Below are positions 1 through 10,586 of a stretch of DNA of 38,158 nucleotides, one piece after another. Position 1 is the stretch's first letter. Each line of letters opens with the position of its first letter. Source of the DNA: Halocafeteria seosinensis (lineage: Eukaryota); the NCBI GenBank assembly GCA_001687465.1, contig LVLI01000192.1:62001-100158 (forward strand). Reading direction: 5' to 3'. Below the pieces are notes generated by a model that ran no database searches, was not told the DNA's origin, and was given only the letters and a program-made list of their open reading frames with translations. Both the position numbers and the translations under genes were made by a program.

Positions 1-1
1 G

Positions 2-3000
2 GCTTTGGGATTTTTGCTACATCCTAGTTACTGGGTAAGACATGCAGCTGCTCGTTTAGTTGCAACGTTGATAGTGGAACTCCAGTGGCCGGATGCTCAT
101 GCTTACGTTGCTCCATTATTATCTCCGCTTATATCTGTATCTTTTCGGGAAAGTCCCAACAAAGAGGACCTCCCAAGAAGGCGAGAAATCCGCTTTTGGA
201 ATAAAATCCATTCCATACTAGAAAAGCTTGCTAAATGCAGGACTGAACTAAGCACAAACCCAACGCCGGCTGAGGGACATGGACTTCGCTCCTTCACACA
301 TAGTAACGTTGTTCGTTCAAGAGCTTACGCGTGGGCAATTTATCGGGTCCAGAAGGTGTTGCTTTCCTCGATGCTACCCCCTGTCTCTCAAGGCTTGTTC
401 TCACTTTCGATCTGCTTCGACAGCGCACGTATGCGAAATGATATTCTGCAGTCCCTCGCAGAGGAGTTACAAGCTGGCGGTACGGATCTAAATTTTGGAG
501 AAGTATTTCGAAGGAGCACTTCGTTGGCTGCTGCACTAGAGAATCCTAGTATTAATAGCCAAACATTGTGGTTCTCACGTGAGTTCCTACAAGCATACGA
601 CGCGCTACAATCAATGGATGATGATCAAAGTAGCTGGACGCAATGTGCCCTGTATGGATTTAGCTCTCCTATGGAACTGTTGCGTTATCGTGTTCGCTGT
701 ATAGAGTACATTTCTCGGCGCATAGCCAGCAGCTGCAGGAGAAATCATGCGTGGCAGGCAAGGTTCGCCGCAGATGCGATCCAGTTCTTCCGTCCGTCAT
801 TCTTACAACAGAGCACAGCGGCCACTCAGAATAAAGCGCATCATTCCGATGCACCAGTAGACTTTGTCTCGAAGATTCGGTGGTACCTCTGGAAGTCCAC
901 AGATTCTCAACGGTGTCCCCAATCTGTTTCCGCAGATATGCATCCTTGTGTTACACTCCCCTACAGCAAAGCTGCGTTGCGGAACCTATCGTGCACTAGA
1001 TTTTATGTACCAGACCAGAGGTACGCATCTATGTTTCCACGTCCCCCGTCCTCCGTACTGCCTCGACAAACAAGGAACGGGAAGATCCGCTATTTCGGGG
1101 AAGAAGCGAAAGCAGAATTGTCCTATGGACACCAGGCTGCACGCTCGTCCTCTTCCGAAAATTTAGCGACTGCGTCTTCAATATTAAAAGGAAGAGAAAG
1201 TAATGGTTCGCACAAACTTTCGACGCCGTCAATTCTTTCCAGAGTTGCCCGAGAAAACCCGCTGGTGGCCTCAAACTTGGTGAAGAGTAGTGCTCCCGGA
1301 GGATCTGGCGCAATACAGTGCGCGTCTCCGCCTCTTCTTGGGGATCGATATGTACTTACAAATGTACTCTTCGGCGAACAGGGGACAGAGCATGCAGAGT
1401 CGAGTGGTAATCAGATTCACCGGTTGCTCTATGATGCTACGACGGCGTCTTCCGTGGCGTGGACAAATCCTGCTGACTGGGGTGCTTTCTATATGATGCA
1501 ATGCTTTTCCTCAGGTGTGCGTGCAAGACGCAACTATTTGCGTTACGGGCTGTGGGACCCTCATGTTGCGGTCACAGCTCCTACGGATGCTATTATGTCT
1601 GCTGGAGCCCAACCTGGTGCAGGGGATGGTTTAATACTGTCTGTGCGTAATTCTTCATCGGGGTCATCTTCCGACGCTGTCCTCAGACCAAGCAACGCTA
1701 AAGTACATGACGACCCCACTTTAGAAGTTCCTCAGTGGGAAAACATGACTCAAAACAATGTGCAACAAAAGCGTGATCAAGAACTTGAGGGAGAGACGGT
1801 TTGGGGATCTGAGAACATTTGGGACGGTTTCGAGGGTACTCATGGAGGATGGTTGGAGGCACTGGGGCAGATTGATAGAGCAGGTTTCCCTAATGTCCGG
1901 TGGAATAAGAACATCTATAATCAGACGCGGCGTCAAACTTCGCTTACAGTTTCTTCACCCATGCAGCAGAAAGAAGCTTGGAGTTCGTTCGTCCAAACAT
2001 CTGGCCAGGCTGCACCTGCAAAACGGGAAATTATAACCGGACCTGGACAGGCGATGTCTGCTAAACGACGTGACCCGATGCTCGCTGCTACTCGCTACGC
2101 AAGCGCTGCTTGCTCAGCGATGATCGCTGCGTGTTGTAACGAAGATCGTGAGATCCTAGGGTTGAAAGACGATCTACCTGATGCGGTCGATAGCTGGATG
2201 AGCTTTGCTACAGGCTTTGGACAGTCGCGAGACACAGTTGTAAAGCCCCATTCCCAGTGGAGCGATGGAGAAACTGGAGAGAGAAGAAGGGAAGATAACA
2301 AGGAAATAAATCCTGATGAGTCGCAATACTATCACCCAGAAGATAGCATTATGGGATTGACCACCGACCAGGTTCAGGAAGTCATGAGTGCCCCCCGAGG
2401 TGCTCAATTACTGTGGCTCCATGGATACAATTCCAAGTTCGAAGAGGGTGGAGGAGCGGGCAAAACTAGGCGAGAGGAAGGAAGCCGCACAACTCATGAA
2501 GCAAATGTAAATAAGAACCTCCTTCCAGAGACAGGTCGTAAAGATAGGGAAGCCTCCTTTGTAGCAGACGCATGCATTCCTCTTCATGGATCCATTCGAC
2601 ATCACCAAAACCGTAACGCCAATGACATCATCACGTCTGGCACACCACTGATTGGCGTACCGACACCAGGACTGGCAAAGTATGTGAGTATTAAACCGGA
2701 TCAAGTACAAGAGCTTCTATATAGACCGCAAAAGCAGCATAACATTCAAGCTTTTGAGGATCATTTTAAGTTAAATGAGGGGCCTTCAAAGAAGAAACTG
2801 ATGTCGAAGAGCACCCGCAAACTTGATGACCCGGATGAGTCAGTTTCCCAGAACGACGTTCCTGCTGACTTAGACTTTTTAGCTCCATCTCATTTGTCAG
2901 CATTCGTCCGACGTACACGGGCAATGGAATTGCCACCGTTACCACCGTATCTGGGATTTGTCCATTTGAGGTCTCCCGCTAACACTCGAAAGTCTGGTAG

Positions 3001-6000
3001 CCGAAGCGACAGTAAGAGCAGAGGCCAGTTTGACGAGGAGCAAGGGTATCTTCGTCCATTCATACCGTATTTTGCTACATTGTTGGCTAAGCTTCGCATG
3101 CAGCGAGCAGCAGATACCCTTGATAGCTTGGGTTCAAGCTCTATTCTCCACCAGGAAGGGAATCTCGGTAACATTGCCTCTAAAGACGAGGATCCTGTTT
3201 TTGGTTCAGAGATTGACTCCGAATTTGTATTCACCGGGGAACCATTGGACGAAAACGAAAACTTGGCAATACATGACTCTCGCTATGCAGTATACGCTGG
3301 ATGCTCCCACTCTCGCCAAGCTGATCGGCAAAAGCCTGCTGATCACCAGAATGACCCGTACTTCGTTCCTCTAGATGCCGTCAACCAGAGGTCCTCAGCA
3401 ACAGGCGATGTTCTGAGTTTTCTGAGTCTGTTGCGTTCAGTTTTTGGAAAAGGCGATTCCAATAGGATGCCTTCATGGAGAGAATTTTTAATTTCGGGTA
3501 TCAAGGCGAGATCGGAGTTTGGTAAGCTCTACGATCTTTCCTCCGAAAGCAGATGTTTGAATTCCTGCCAACCTTGGGATCCCGTCTACTTACATATGAT
3601 ATCTCCGTCTTCATGTCTTTTTCAGTCGAGTCAAACAGGAAACCATTCCCCGCAGCTATCGTTGTCGCTCTCTCCCCAAATGTACTTCGCATCTCAGGTC
3701 GTTCTTCCTCCGGTGCCGAACGTTGGCGATGGCAGTGGTTATAGTGGGAAAGGAAAGGCTTCCTTCGTTGGGTCGAAATTGGACATATCTGGCCGACATG
3801 TCGGCTCACGAAATAGCAGCGAGCTTGGAAATCTGGTCCCAGCGAAGACGTCTCTTTTAACACGCCCACACTTTGGCGCCGACATTGACAAAGAAGCGCG
3901 TCAAGCCTCCAAACAAGCTCAAACGAAAGGGTTATCAGCCATTTCGAAAGCAAAATCGGAAATGTCGGACACGTGGGGAAGCAAGCCCCATGGACTGTTA
4001 TTGAGCACTTTTGTAGAGCACTCTGCCGCTGTAAATGGAATTGCTGTTACTCAGGATCATTCCCTTTTTGTGACTGCTAGCGACGATGGGACTTGCAAGG
4101 TCTGGCCTACTGAGAGATTAGGCCTCGGACCATCGTCTAGTTCATTAATGACATATGACGGACAGGGTGGGAGAATCACAACACTAGCAATCATTGAAAG
4201 TTCTTCTTCTGTAGCATCAGGATCCTCCAACGGAACGGTAGACATCTGGAGAATATCTGTGGAAGAGGCAAAAGCGGCGATGTACTCTAGCGGTTCTGAA
4301 GAGCGTAATGATGGGTATCGGAGTACTGTGTTATCAAGCCTCTTTCGAGACAGCACTTCATCACGGGAAGGCTCAGACGATGGTGATTCAACCTCACGAA
4401 GTATTGCCGTTAGCGGTGGAATAGAGCCCTCTAGAAAGAATAACACCGGCAATCGGCCTTGCAAGTCTTCGGGCATACACCTTGTTCAACGACTACAATT
4501 TCCTGGAGAAGGAGGTATCGTAAGCGTCAAGCAGTTCTTAACCTCTACTCAAATCTTTGTTCTTGCGGCCACTCGACGAGGACGGATACACTCTTACGAT
4601 TTGAGACTGAGAAAAGAAGTATGGAAACTGTGCATTCCGCCTGAATTCGGTTGTATATCATCGATGACAACCTTTGCTGGAGACAATGAGTCATACGCCG
4701 ACAGAGCAACGTCTAATGTGGCTATAATCGGAACTGACAGGGGGATAATCGCTGCTTATGATTTGCGATTTCAGCTGATGGTTTGTGCTTGGAGGCATTC
4801 ATCCCGGCTTCCCATCTCTGATGTTTGGCCATATCTCACACAGGGAGCTCCTTTTGAGCGAATTACTCCCGTTGGTGCTTCCAGGAGCCTGTCTTCGAGC
4901 CCATCTGTCGTCAGACAACTAGCCGTGTGCATAACCAGTGGTAATGGCGACGTTGGCTTTTGGAATCTTGAAACTGGACAGTGTTTGCGTATTCTTCGTG
5001 TCGTAGAGGGAGGCTTGGAGGAGATGAAGTCAGAAGACGTGTTAAGACCGCCGTACCTTAACCGAGTAGTCACTCGAGGAAATTCCCTGGCTAAACCCGT
5101 GGAGGTGTGTGTTGTTCCGAGTCGGCACCACCCAGAGACACTAAACCTGCATAAAGGTCAAGATTGCGACGTTTTGGAACACTATCTCCATGAGGAACTT
5201 GCTGAAGATTCCCATAATCCAAAGTATCTCATGCGCCCCCTTGTCAACTGTCTCCTGTTCCCACTACCTGGCACTAACCACCGCTCACGAGCACGCGGCA
5301 GTAAAAATATGGCAGGATCTAGTAAAGATCGTGGCGACGATAACTGGGAATCAATGGGAGCTGTGGGAGAGAGCCATGACGGAGGAGGATTCACCCTTCA
5401 CGGCATGCGCGGTACAGGGGCTGCTCGCGTTTCCTCCGAAGCAGGTGCCGCCTTCAGTGGTCACCGAAAGTATACCATTACATCCTCGAACGAAACTTTC
5501 ACGGGAGCACAGGAACGTTACAATAGTGATGCTCGTCAAAAAGAGCAAACCTACTGGGATGCATATGAGGCCGACTTGGATACCCTTCCTGCGTGGATGC
5601 TAACTGGCGGATCTGACCGGATCATTCGTTGCTGGGATCTTCGCCGTCCACGCGGATCTTATACCGTCGCAGGACTTGAACCTGGGCAAGAGCGCCATGC
5701 ATACGAAGGTCACCCATCGCTGCCGTACAGTATCATACCAAACTATACGGCCCCTTCACAGGAAGCAATGCCCAGGCAGAATGAGTTCAACGTGCATACC
5801 TCTGAAGACGGAGTGAGCTCCTCTGAATTCAGTGCGCTCTCTTCCTCCATTCCGTACATGCTTCTGTCGCACGACGATTATGCGGATACTAACGGAACAG
5901 ACGAAGTATCGGAAGAGATTGAAGAGGAGGGGGATGATCCCGTCGACGCAACCGCTGATAAGGAACAACTACCCTCGCTTCGCTTACGAGGCTCTGTTCC

Positions 6001-6109
6001 TCCGCCGGCTTCGCACACGGACTGTATTAACACCATGGAGTGGTTGGACCTACCAGGACGATTGCTGGTTACAGGCTCACGAAATGGTGTTGTCAAAGTA
6101 TGGAGGTAA
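2..6109 (+). CDS. VPS15: VPS15/PIK3R4, class III PI3K regulatory subunit; 5'-truncated (kinase and most HEAT repeats lie upstream of the window)
   Basis: Frame is open from base 2 to TAA at 6107-6109. It starts with a HEAT-end-like GFLLHPSYWVR. The WD40 region has VPS15-type blades: W..KPHGLLLSTFVEHSAAVNGIAV..DHSLFVTASDDGTCKVW, WMLTGGSDRIIRCWDL and terminal HTDCI..LLVTGSRNGVVKVWR. Confidence 0.88.
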   Translation, partial: ALGFLLHPSYWVRHAAARLVATLIVELQWPDAHAYVAPLLSPLISVSFRESPNKEDLPRRREIRFWNKIHSILEKLAKCRTELSTNPTPAEGHGLRSFTHSNVVRSRAYAWAIYRVQKVLLSSMLPPVSQGLFSLSICFDSARMRNDILQSLAEELQAGGTDLNFGEVFRRSTSLAAALENPSINSQTLWFSREFLQAYDALQSMDDDQSSWTQCALYGFSSPMELLRYRVRCIEYISRRIASSCRRNHAWQARFAADAIQFFRPSFLQQSTAATQNKAHHSDAPVDFVSKIRWYLWKSTDSQRCPQSVSADMHPCVTLPYSKAALRNLSCTRFYVPDQRYASMFPRPPSSVLPRQTRNGKIRYFGEEAKAELSYGHQAARSSSSENLATASSILKGRESNGSHKLSTPSILSRVARENPLVASNLVKSSAPGGSGAIQCASPPLLGDRYVLTNVLFGEQGTEHAESSGNQIHRLLYDATTASSVAWTNPADWGAFYMMQCFSSGVRARRNYLRYGLWDPHVAVTAPTDAIMSAGAQPGAGDGLILSVRNSSSGSSSDAVLRPSNAKVHDDPTLEVPQWENMTQNNVQQKRDQELEGETVWGSENIWDGFEGTHGGWLEALGQIDRAGFPNVRWNKNIYNQTRRQTSLTVSSPMQQKEAWSSFVQTSGQAAPAKREIITGPGQAMSAKRRDPMLAATRYASAACSAMIAACCNEDREILGLKDDLPDAVDSWMSFATGFGQSRDTVVKPHSQWSDGETGERRREDNKEINPDESQYYHPEDSIMGLTTDQVQEVMSAPRGAQLLWLHGYNSKFEEGGGAGKTRREEGSRTTHEANVNKNLLPETGRKDREASFVADACIPLHGSIRHHQNRNANDIITSGTPLIGVPTPGLAKYVSIKPDQVQELLYRPQKQHNIQAFEDHFKLNEGPSKKKLMSKSTRKLDDPDESVSQNDVPADLDFLAPSHLSAFVRRTRAMELPPLPPYLGFVHLRSPANTRKSGSRSDSKSRGQFDEEQGYLRPFIPYFATLLAKLRMQRAADTLDSLGSSSILHQEGNLGNIASKDEDPVFGSEIDSEFVFTGEPLDENENLAIHDSRYAVYAGCSHSRQADRQKPADHQNDPYFVPLDAVNQRSSATGDVLSFLSLLRSVFGKGDSNRMPSWREFLISGIKARSEFGKLYDLSSESRCLNSCQPWDPVYLHMISPSSCLFQSSQTGNHSPQLSLSLSPQMYFASQVVLPPVPNVGDGSGYSGKGKASFVGSKLDISGRHVGSRNSSELGNLVPAKTSLLTRPHFGADIDKEARQASKQAQTKGLSAISKAKSEMSDTWGSKPHGLLLSTFVEHSAAVNGIAVTQDHSLFVTASDDGTCKVWPTERLGLGPSSSSLMTYDGQGGRITTLAIIESSSSVASGSSNGTVDIWRISVEEAKAAMYSSGSEERNDGYRSTVLSSLFRDSTSSREGSDDGDSTSRSIAVSGGIEPSRKNNTGNRPCKSSGIHLVQRLQFPGEGGIVSVKQFLTSTQIFVLAATRRGRIHSYDLRLRKEVWKLCIPPEFGCISSMTTFAGDNESYADRATSNVAIIGTDRGIIAAYDLRFQLMVCAWRHSSRLPISDVWPYLTQGAPFERITPVGASRSLSSSPSVVRQLAVCITSGNGDVGFWNLETGQCLRILRVVEGGLEEMKSEDVLRPPYLNRVVTRGNSLAKPVEVCVVPSRHHPETLNLHKGQDCDVLEHYLHEELAEDSHNPKYLMRPLVNCLLFPLPGTNHRSRARGSKNMAGSSKDRGDDNWESMGAVGESHDGGGFTLHGMRGTGAARVSSEAGAAFSGHRKYTITSSNETFTGAQERYNSDARQKEQTYWDAYEADLDTLPAWMLTGGSDRIIRCWDLRRPRGSYTVAGLEPGQERHAYEGHPSLPYSIIPNYTAPSQEAMPRQNEFNVHTSEDGVSSSEFSALSSSIPYMLLSHDDYADTNGTDEVSEEIEEEGDDPVDATADKEQLPSLRLRGSVPPPASHTDCINTMEWLDLPGRLLVTGSRNGVVKVWR

Positions 6110-6186
6110 TACGAAACTTAAGCACAAATCAATCCAGAAATTGTACTATTTCTAGCCACTGCCATTTACATCGTTCAGAGGAAACG

Positions 6187-7974
6187 CTATGTTTCGCTAT
6201 CGCTTCCTTCCAAAGACAGAATGGTCATCTCTCCTAGAGCATCAAGCCACTGTTGAGCTGTCTCAACGTCTTCACACTCAAATTCAAACGAACGATCTGG
6301 TGGAGGAGCATGCTTCGAGTTTTTGCTGAAGCTTAAGGCCGTCCTGTCTTCGACGGGAATGAGCCGAAATGTCCGCGGCTTCGTTGGTAATTGTTCGACG
6401 TCGTAGTTAGATACATCTATTACCATATTTTTCTGTGGTTTTCGGTCTCTAGAATGTGCATCCGCTTCGTGCTTATAATAGCGCAATTTTCCGTCTTTAA
6501 GGACGAGATATCGTTTCTGCTGTTTTGTGCTACCAAGCATAGACCTTCCCCCACCTCGCTTCTTAACCCAAGATGAAAAGTCTTTAAACTGTCGATGGCC
6601 CCATACGGCAGGATCGTCCAAATTCGGAGGGGGCTCGTAATTACCCGCATCTTCTGGTAATGGAGGCTTTTCGATATCTCGAAATATCTCATCCGGATTT
6701 GGAGGAGGCGTCGGAGGGTCCCATCGAATCTCTCCACTCAGGGTGTTGACGTAAACCGCCACATCTCCAGGGCCTGCTCCGACGTGCTCCGCCGCGTCAT
6801 CGAGAGGATTACGCAGAGTATGGGACACCCACGGAGGTACTCTTTTCTTGTTAGTTTGAAACTCTTTCGGATTCATCTCTCCGGCACTCCCATCTGTTTT
6901 TATCACGTTGTCGGGCGTCGTTCGTCGGCTAGAAGCACGATCTAGCAACCGTTGCAGGTCCCCACGAGTAAAAGACTGCCAGTGCTGCTCATACGCTAAC
7001 CCGTCAAAGCCCTCTGGGATCGTCTCAACTAATTGAAGAGTTTTCCTATTAAAATAGCAAGGTATACGTTTTTCTTGGTTCCATTGTGTTTCCCACACAC
7101 TACGATATTTTTCTCCCATACCAGGTTGGTCGAACTCCGGTGGTCTGGACCACTGGATGTACGCATCCTTCATATTTATATAATATCGGTGCATTACTTC
7201 CGGTCTGTCATCAAATGCTTCAATCCAGATTGGTCCTTGGTATGGCACAGTTTCTTCGCTGCCATCGTCGATGGGTAATGGCCTTCTCTCGCGGCGCGTT
7301 CGAAATTTCGTATTCCACCAAAATTTGTGTCCGAGAGGTTCCTGGAAAACACCATCGGCAGAATGTCGCATAAACCATACCACCCTCAAAAAAGATTCAC
7401 TCATGAATGCCTCTTACTTGTAACTGAACCCAGCCTGGCTGTAAATAATCCGGTGCTGCACTCAACAACAGGATCCACTTGATTGACGACGTGAGTCCCA
7501 TGACATACACGACAGTATGGACTTACATCTCCCTTTGGTCTTATGGAGCACATGCGAGAGCACAGGGAGGTTTCCTGAAAAATAGTCGTAGGGCGAGGGT
7601 CCCACTGTCTCTCCATCACGGGGGTTATGTTGGCTCGTTGTAATCACCGGTAAGTTCCCGGAAAACAGGTTCCACGCGGGAAGACTGTGTTTCTCGAGGA
7701 TCTCCTCCTCCGTCGGTAATTCCTCTTCCATGTGGCTCGAATCCCTGGATTCGGCCCGGGAATCCTTCTGAAAACTACCCCCTGTCATTTGCCGGGTGGA
7801 TTCCGATACGGTTAGAGCCCGGCGTTTAGACGATGCGCTTACCAAGCTGTGGCTCGACACCTTGTGTCCGTGTCCAGGATCCGTTTGCTGGCGGTGCATG
7901 GCGTGTCCCCTGTCATGATTCTGTGCCCCAGGGAGGGCATGTAAATGCCCTGGAGAAGCGGTAGAAGCTGACAT
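6187..7974 (-). CDS. Multi-WW-domain + C-terminal PH-domain adaptor protein (~546 aa, 3 exons)
   Basis: Exons 7974-7527, 7455-7418 and 7341-6187; GT-AG introns of 71 and 76 nt keep the frame. Splicing rebuilds a WW domain (LQPGWVQLQ|EPLGHKFWWNTK..RRP). Further WW-like units: WIEAFDD..RYYINMK..QWSRP; WETQWN..CYFNRKT; YVNTLSGEIRWDPP. PH domain: SSWVKKRGG..QKRYLVLKDGKLRYYK..FEFECEDVETAQQWLDAL. Confidence 0.8.
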
Positions 7975-8447
7975 CAGAAAAAACTTGAGGTTTTTTTCTT
8001 CTCAACCGGACAATCTTTTCAACCACTCCATTCTCCCGGCCTTAAAATCTTGCTGAAATTTACTGATGATTATATATTCTACACAAAATACGGTGGAGAG
8101 AGACACGTTGAACCAATCAGCCAAAGATGCAACGAGTGGGTCGGCTGTAACAAACACTCTGGCTCAATGATCCCGAGGTCGTACACCTCGCAGCCCACTT
8201 TCCGCATCTGGAACTACAACGTGGTACGCTTAAAGCTGTATCTACTGAAATGACCATGACCATGTTACTATCGGCAGGTGAATTTACACCCTTTTGTTTA
8301 TTTTGGGGTTTGTCCACGAAGAGACGGAAAAGAAAGAGTGGAACACAGCATCGCCCGCATCTCACCCCGATACTTGCACTGAGTAACGTTGTACTGATAA
8401 GGAGAGGAGCAGAAACACTCCAAGTAGGCGCCTGTGTACACACATGC

Positions 8448-9897
8448 TCATTCCTCCTTATCCCTCTTTGTTGTTTGTTCCGGGACTGCTTGTAGGCTTT
8501 GATAGTTCCGCTGGAACTTAACTATCGAAGGATCGAAACCAGTATATTGCAGCAACTCCAATTCTTTCTCAAGCTGGTTCTTTCTGTTTTCCAGTTTTTT
8601 TATTACTTCCCTTGCCGTCTTTATATCGTCAATAGTGTGCTTATTGTTAGTAAAGCGACTTGTAAGAGTTTGAACTTCCTCAGCAATCGCTTCGTAACGG
8701 AAGTCAGTGTTTGTAAAGAGCCACCACCAATATCCAAATATGGCAATTCCTGCATATACAGAGGGCCATAAATAACGTAACAATTCGCTAACATAACGAA
8801 AATCGTGAGTCAATTTGGTCTTACCACTAGCGGTGAAATACGTCACCGGTTCCATAATATCCCAACTCAAGTATTCAAACGTTAGATACGCGTACCCGAA
8901 TGTTCCAGACAGGAGACTCACAAAAATAGCAAAGTTGATACGACGAGTCCATCTATCCGCTATTTGCTCTAGCTCTTTCAACTGCGATCCTTTCACCTGA
9001 ATGTCCTGTTCCAACTTGCGAATTTTGCCTAGCTTGCGTTCCGTTTCTTCGGCTTCGTAGTTCTTCTTCGGATCGTCTAACCCAAAATAGCCATAAAACC
9101 GCGCAATGACCTCTTCAGGAGACAAGAACACAGTATTTCGGACCTTAGGATCTTCGTGATGAGGAAAGTGTAGCACGATCCCTACGTCGCGTAATTTATC
9201 CAAGTATTCCCATGCTTCTGGCTCGGAAAGCCCAAGTCGCTCACATACGGACAAAAAGGACTCCACACTAATATTGCGCTCTATTCTAAGCTCTAAATCC
9301 CTCCGTATTGACGCGTATATTGCATATTTCGACATGTCCTTCAATGACGCTCCAGAGGGAGGACGTGTTGGTTGCAGTTGCAAGTGCTTGCCAGATCCAG
9401 GGAAGATAATGCTCTCTCCAGCGAGACAGGCCTCCAAAAATGTTTTATCGTTACTTCCCGAGAGCTGGGCTTGCGAAAAGAGTTCGGGCACGTCATGTTT
9501 TAACGATGATAGAAATTCTGTAGCTTTATCCTCTGCACAATGGCAGAACCGAATCAGCATTAACTATCTGTGCATCGTGAGGCTCTTCGTACTTACGAAG
9601 GTCTACGAGAAATATCCGGGAAGTGCCATGGAGCTCTTGCGTCAGCTTTACCTCGGCTGTATGCCTATGTAGAGTGACATGAAGGCTTTGACTTGAAGGT
9701 TCCTGGACGTGAGATTGCTCCTGCAAATCCGATGCTTCCTCCGTTGATATCCATTTCCTCTGCCGTACAGGCACCACAGAGAACCTATCCAATAGCCTAT
9801 TCTCAGAAGAGACTAAACAGCGCCTGAACGTGCTCCGAAAAGGCTTGGATAAAGCGTACGGACGCTGTAATAAGCGGCATCCCCCTCTCCAGGCCAT
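8448..9897 (-). CDS. MCU: Mitochondrial calcium uniporter pore subunit (3 exons)
   Basis: Exons 9897-9597, 9532-8825 and 8749-8448; introns of 64 and 75 nt. Arg/Ser-rich, acid-poor N-terminus resembling a mitochondrial presequence. Coiled coil, TM1, the exact selectivity-filter motif WDIMEPVTYF, TM2 and a second coiled coil. Confidence 0.93.
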
Positions 9898-9941
9898 CGA
9901 TGCTGGCACTCCCTGCCCTATTTGCGCCTAGTTTAGATGGT

Positions 9942-9953
9942 CTATTTCGCCAT
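9942..9953 (-). promoter_or_regulatory. Candidate minimal uORF (M-A-K-stop) 44 nt upstream of the MCU start codon
   Basis: The minus strand reads gtcATGGCGAAATAG, out of frame with MCU. It matters only if the transcript starts upstream of 9953. Confidence 0.25.
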
Positions 9954-10586
9954 GACCCTCCGAGATACCTCTATACTCCCATGCATATCTGAAATGTGAA
10001 CAATAGTACACGTATGGACCCATTTATCGAGTATAAAGGCATTCATTTGCGCTGAGCCAGCTGGCACTTCAACGCGCAGCGCCAACTTGGCACTTTATGC
10101 ACGGTGTATACATGTATCTCCCTGGGATACCTAGAACCAGATAGGCAGGAGTATCATTGAAAAGGCATGCTAGGCGAAGTCAAATCAAGCACACCTCATT
10201 CATACACAATCGTCATCTCTTTCAGTGTACCCCGTTGGCGTATACAGCACCGTGAACTTCATACCGTAATCACCAAACACGAGCTAATAGCCTTCCAAAA
10301 CTGTGGGATTTGCTATATTTTGCCCCATGTAGTCGTCTTGACCTAACTCTTGGGTAGGGTGGGAAAGCTAACCGTTAGACTTCCACCAACGTCCCCGTGC
10401 AAGTTGCAAGTTACACGATACTCCAGTGCATGTGCTTTGTTTGATTCAACAATTTTAAAGCCAGGAATGAATATTTGATGTACCATGTGGGAGTGGCTGA
10501 GAAAACGTGAACTGCGTCTTAAGCAGGGCTTTATTAATCAGTTCGCTGAAATGAAGCGCGTATTAGCCACGGCATAGTCTGCAAGG

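Noticed and set aside
8060..8250. C/D box snoRNA (TGATGA ... CTGA)
   Set aside because: Box C is imperfect, the boxes are ~180 nt apart, and I saw no terminal stem or recognisable rRNA guide.
9526..9600. Programmed frameshift between the two overlapping MCU ORFs (similarly in the LACS-like and SNAP genes)
   Set aside because: A 64-nt GTAAGT..gcAG intron restores the frame; the other cases are also ordinary introns.
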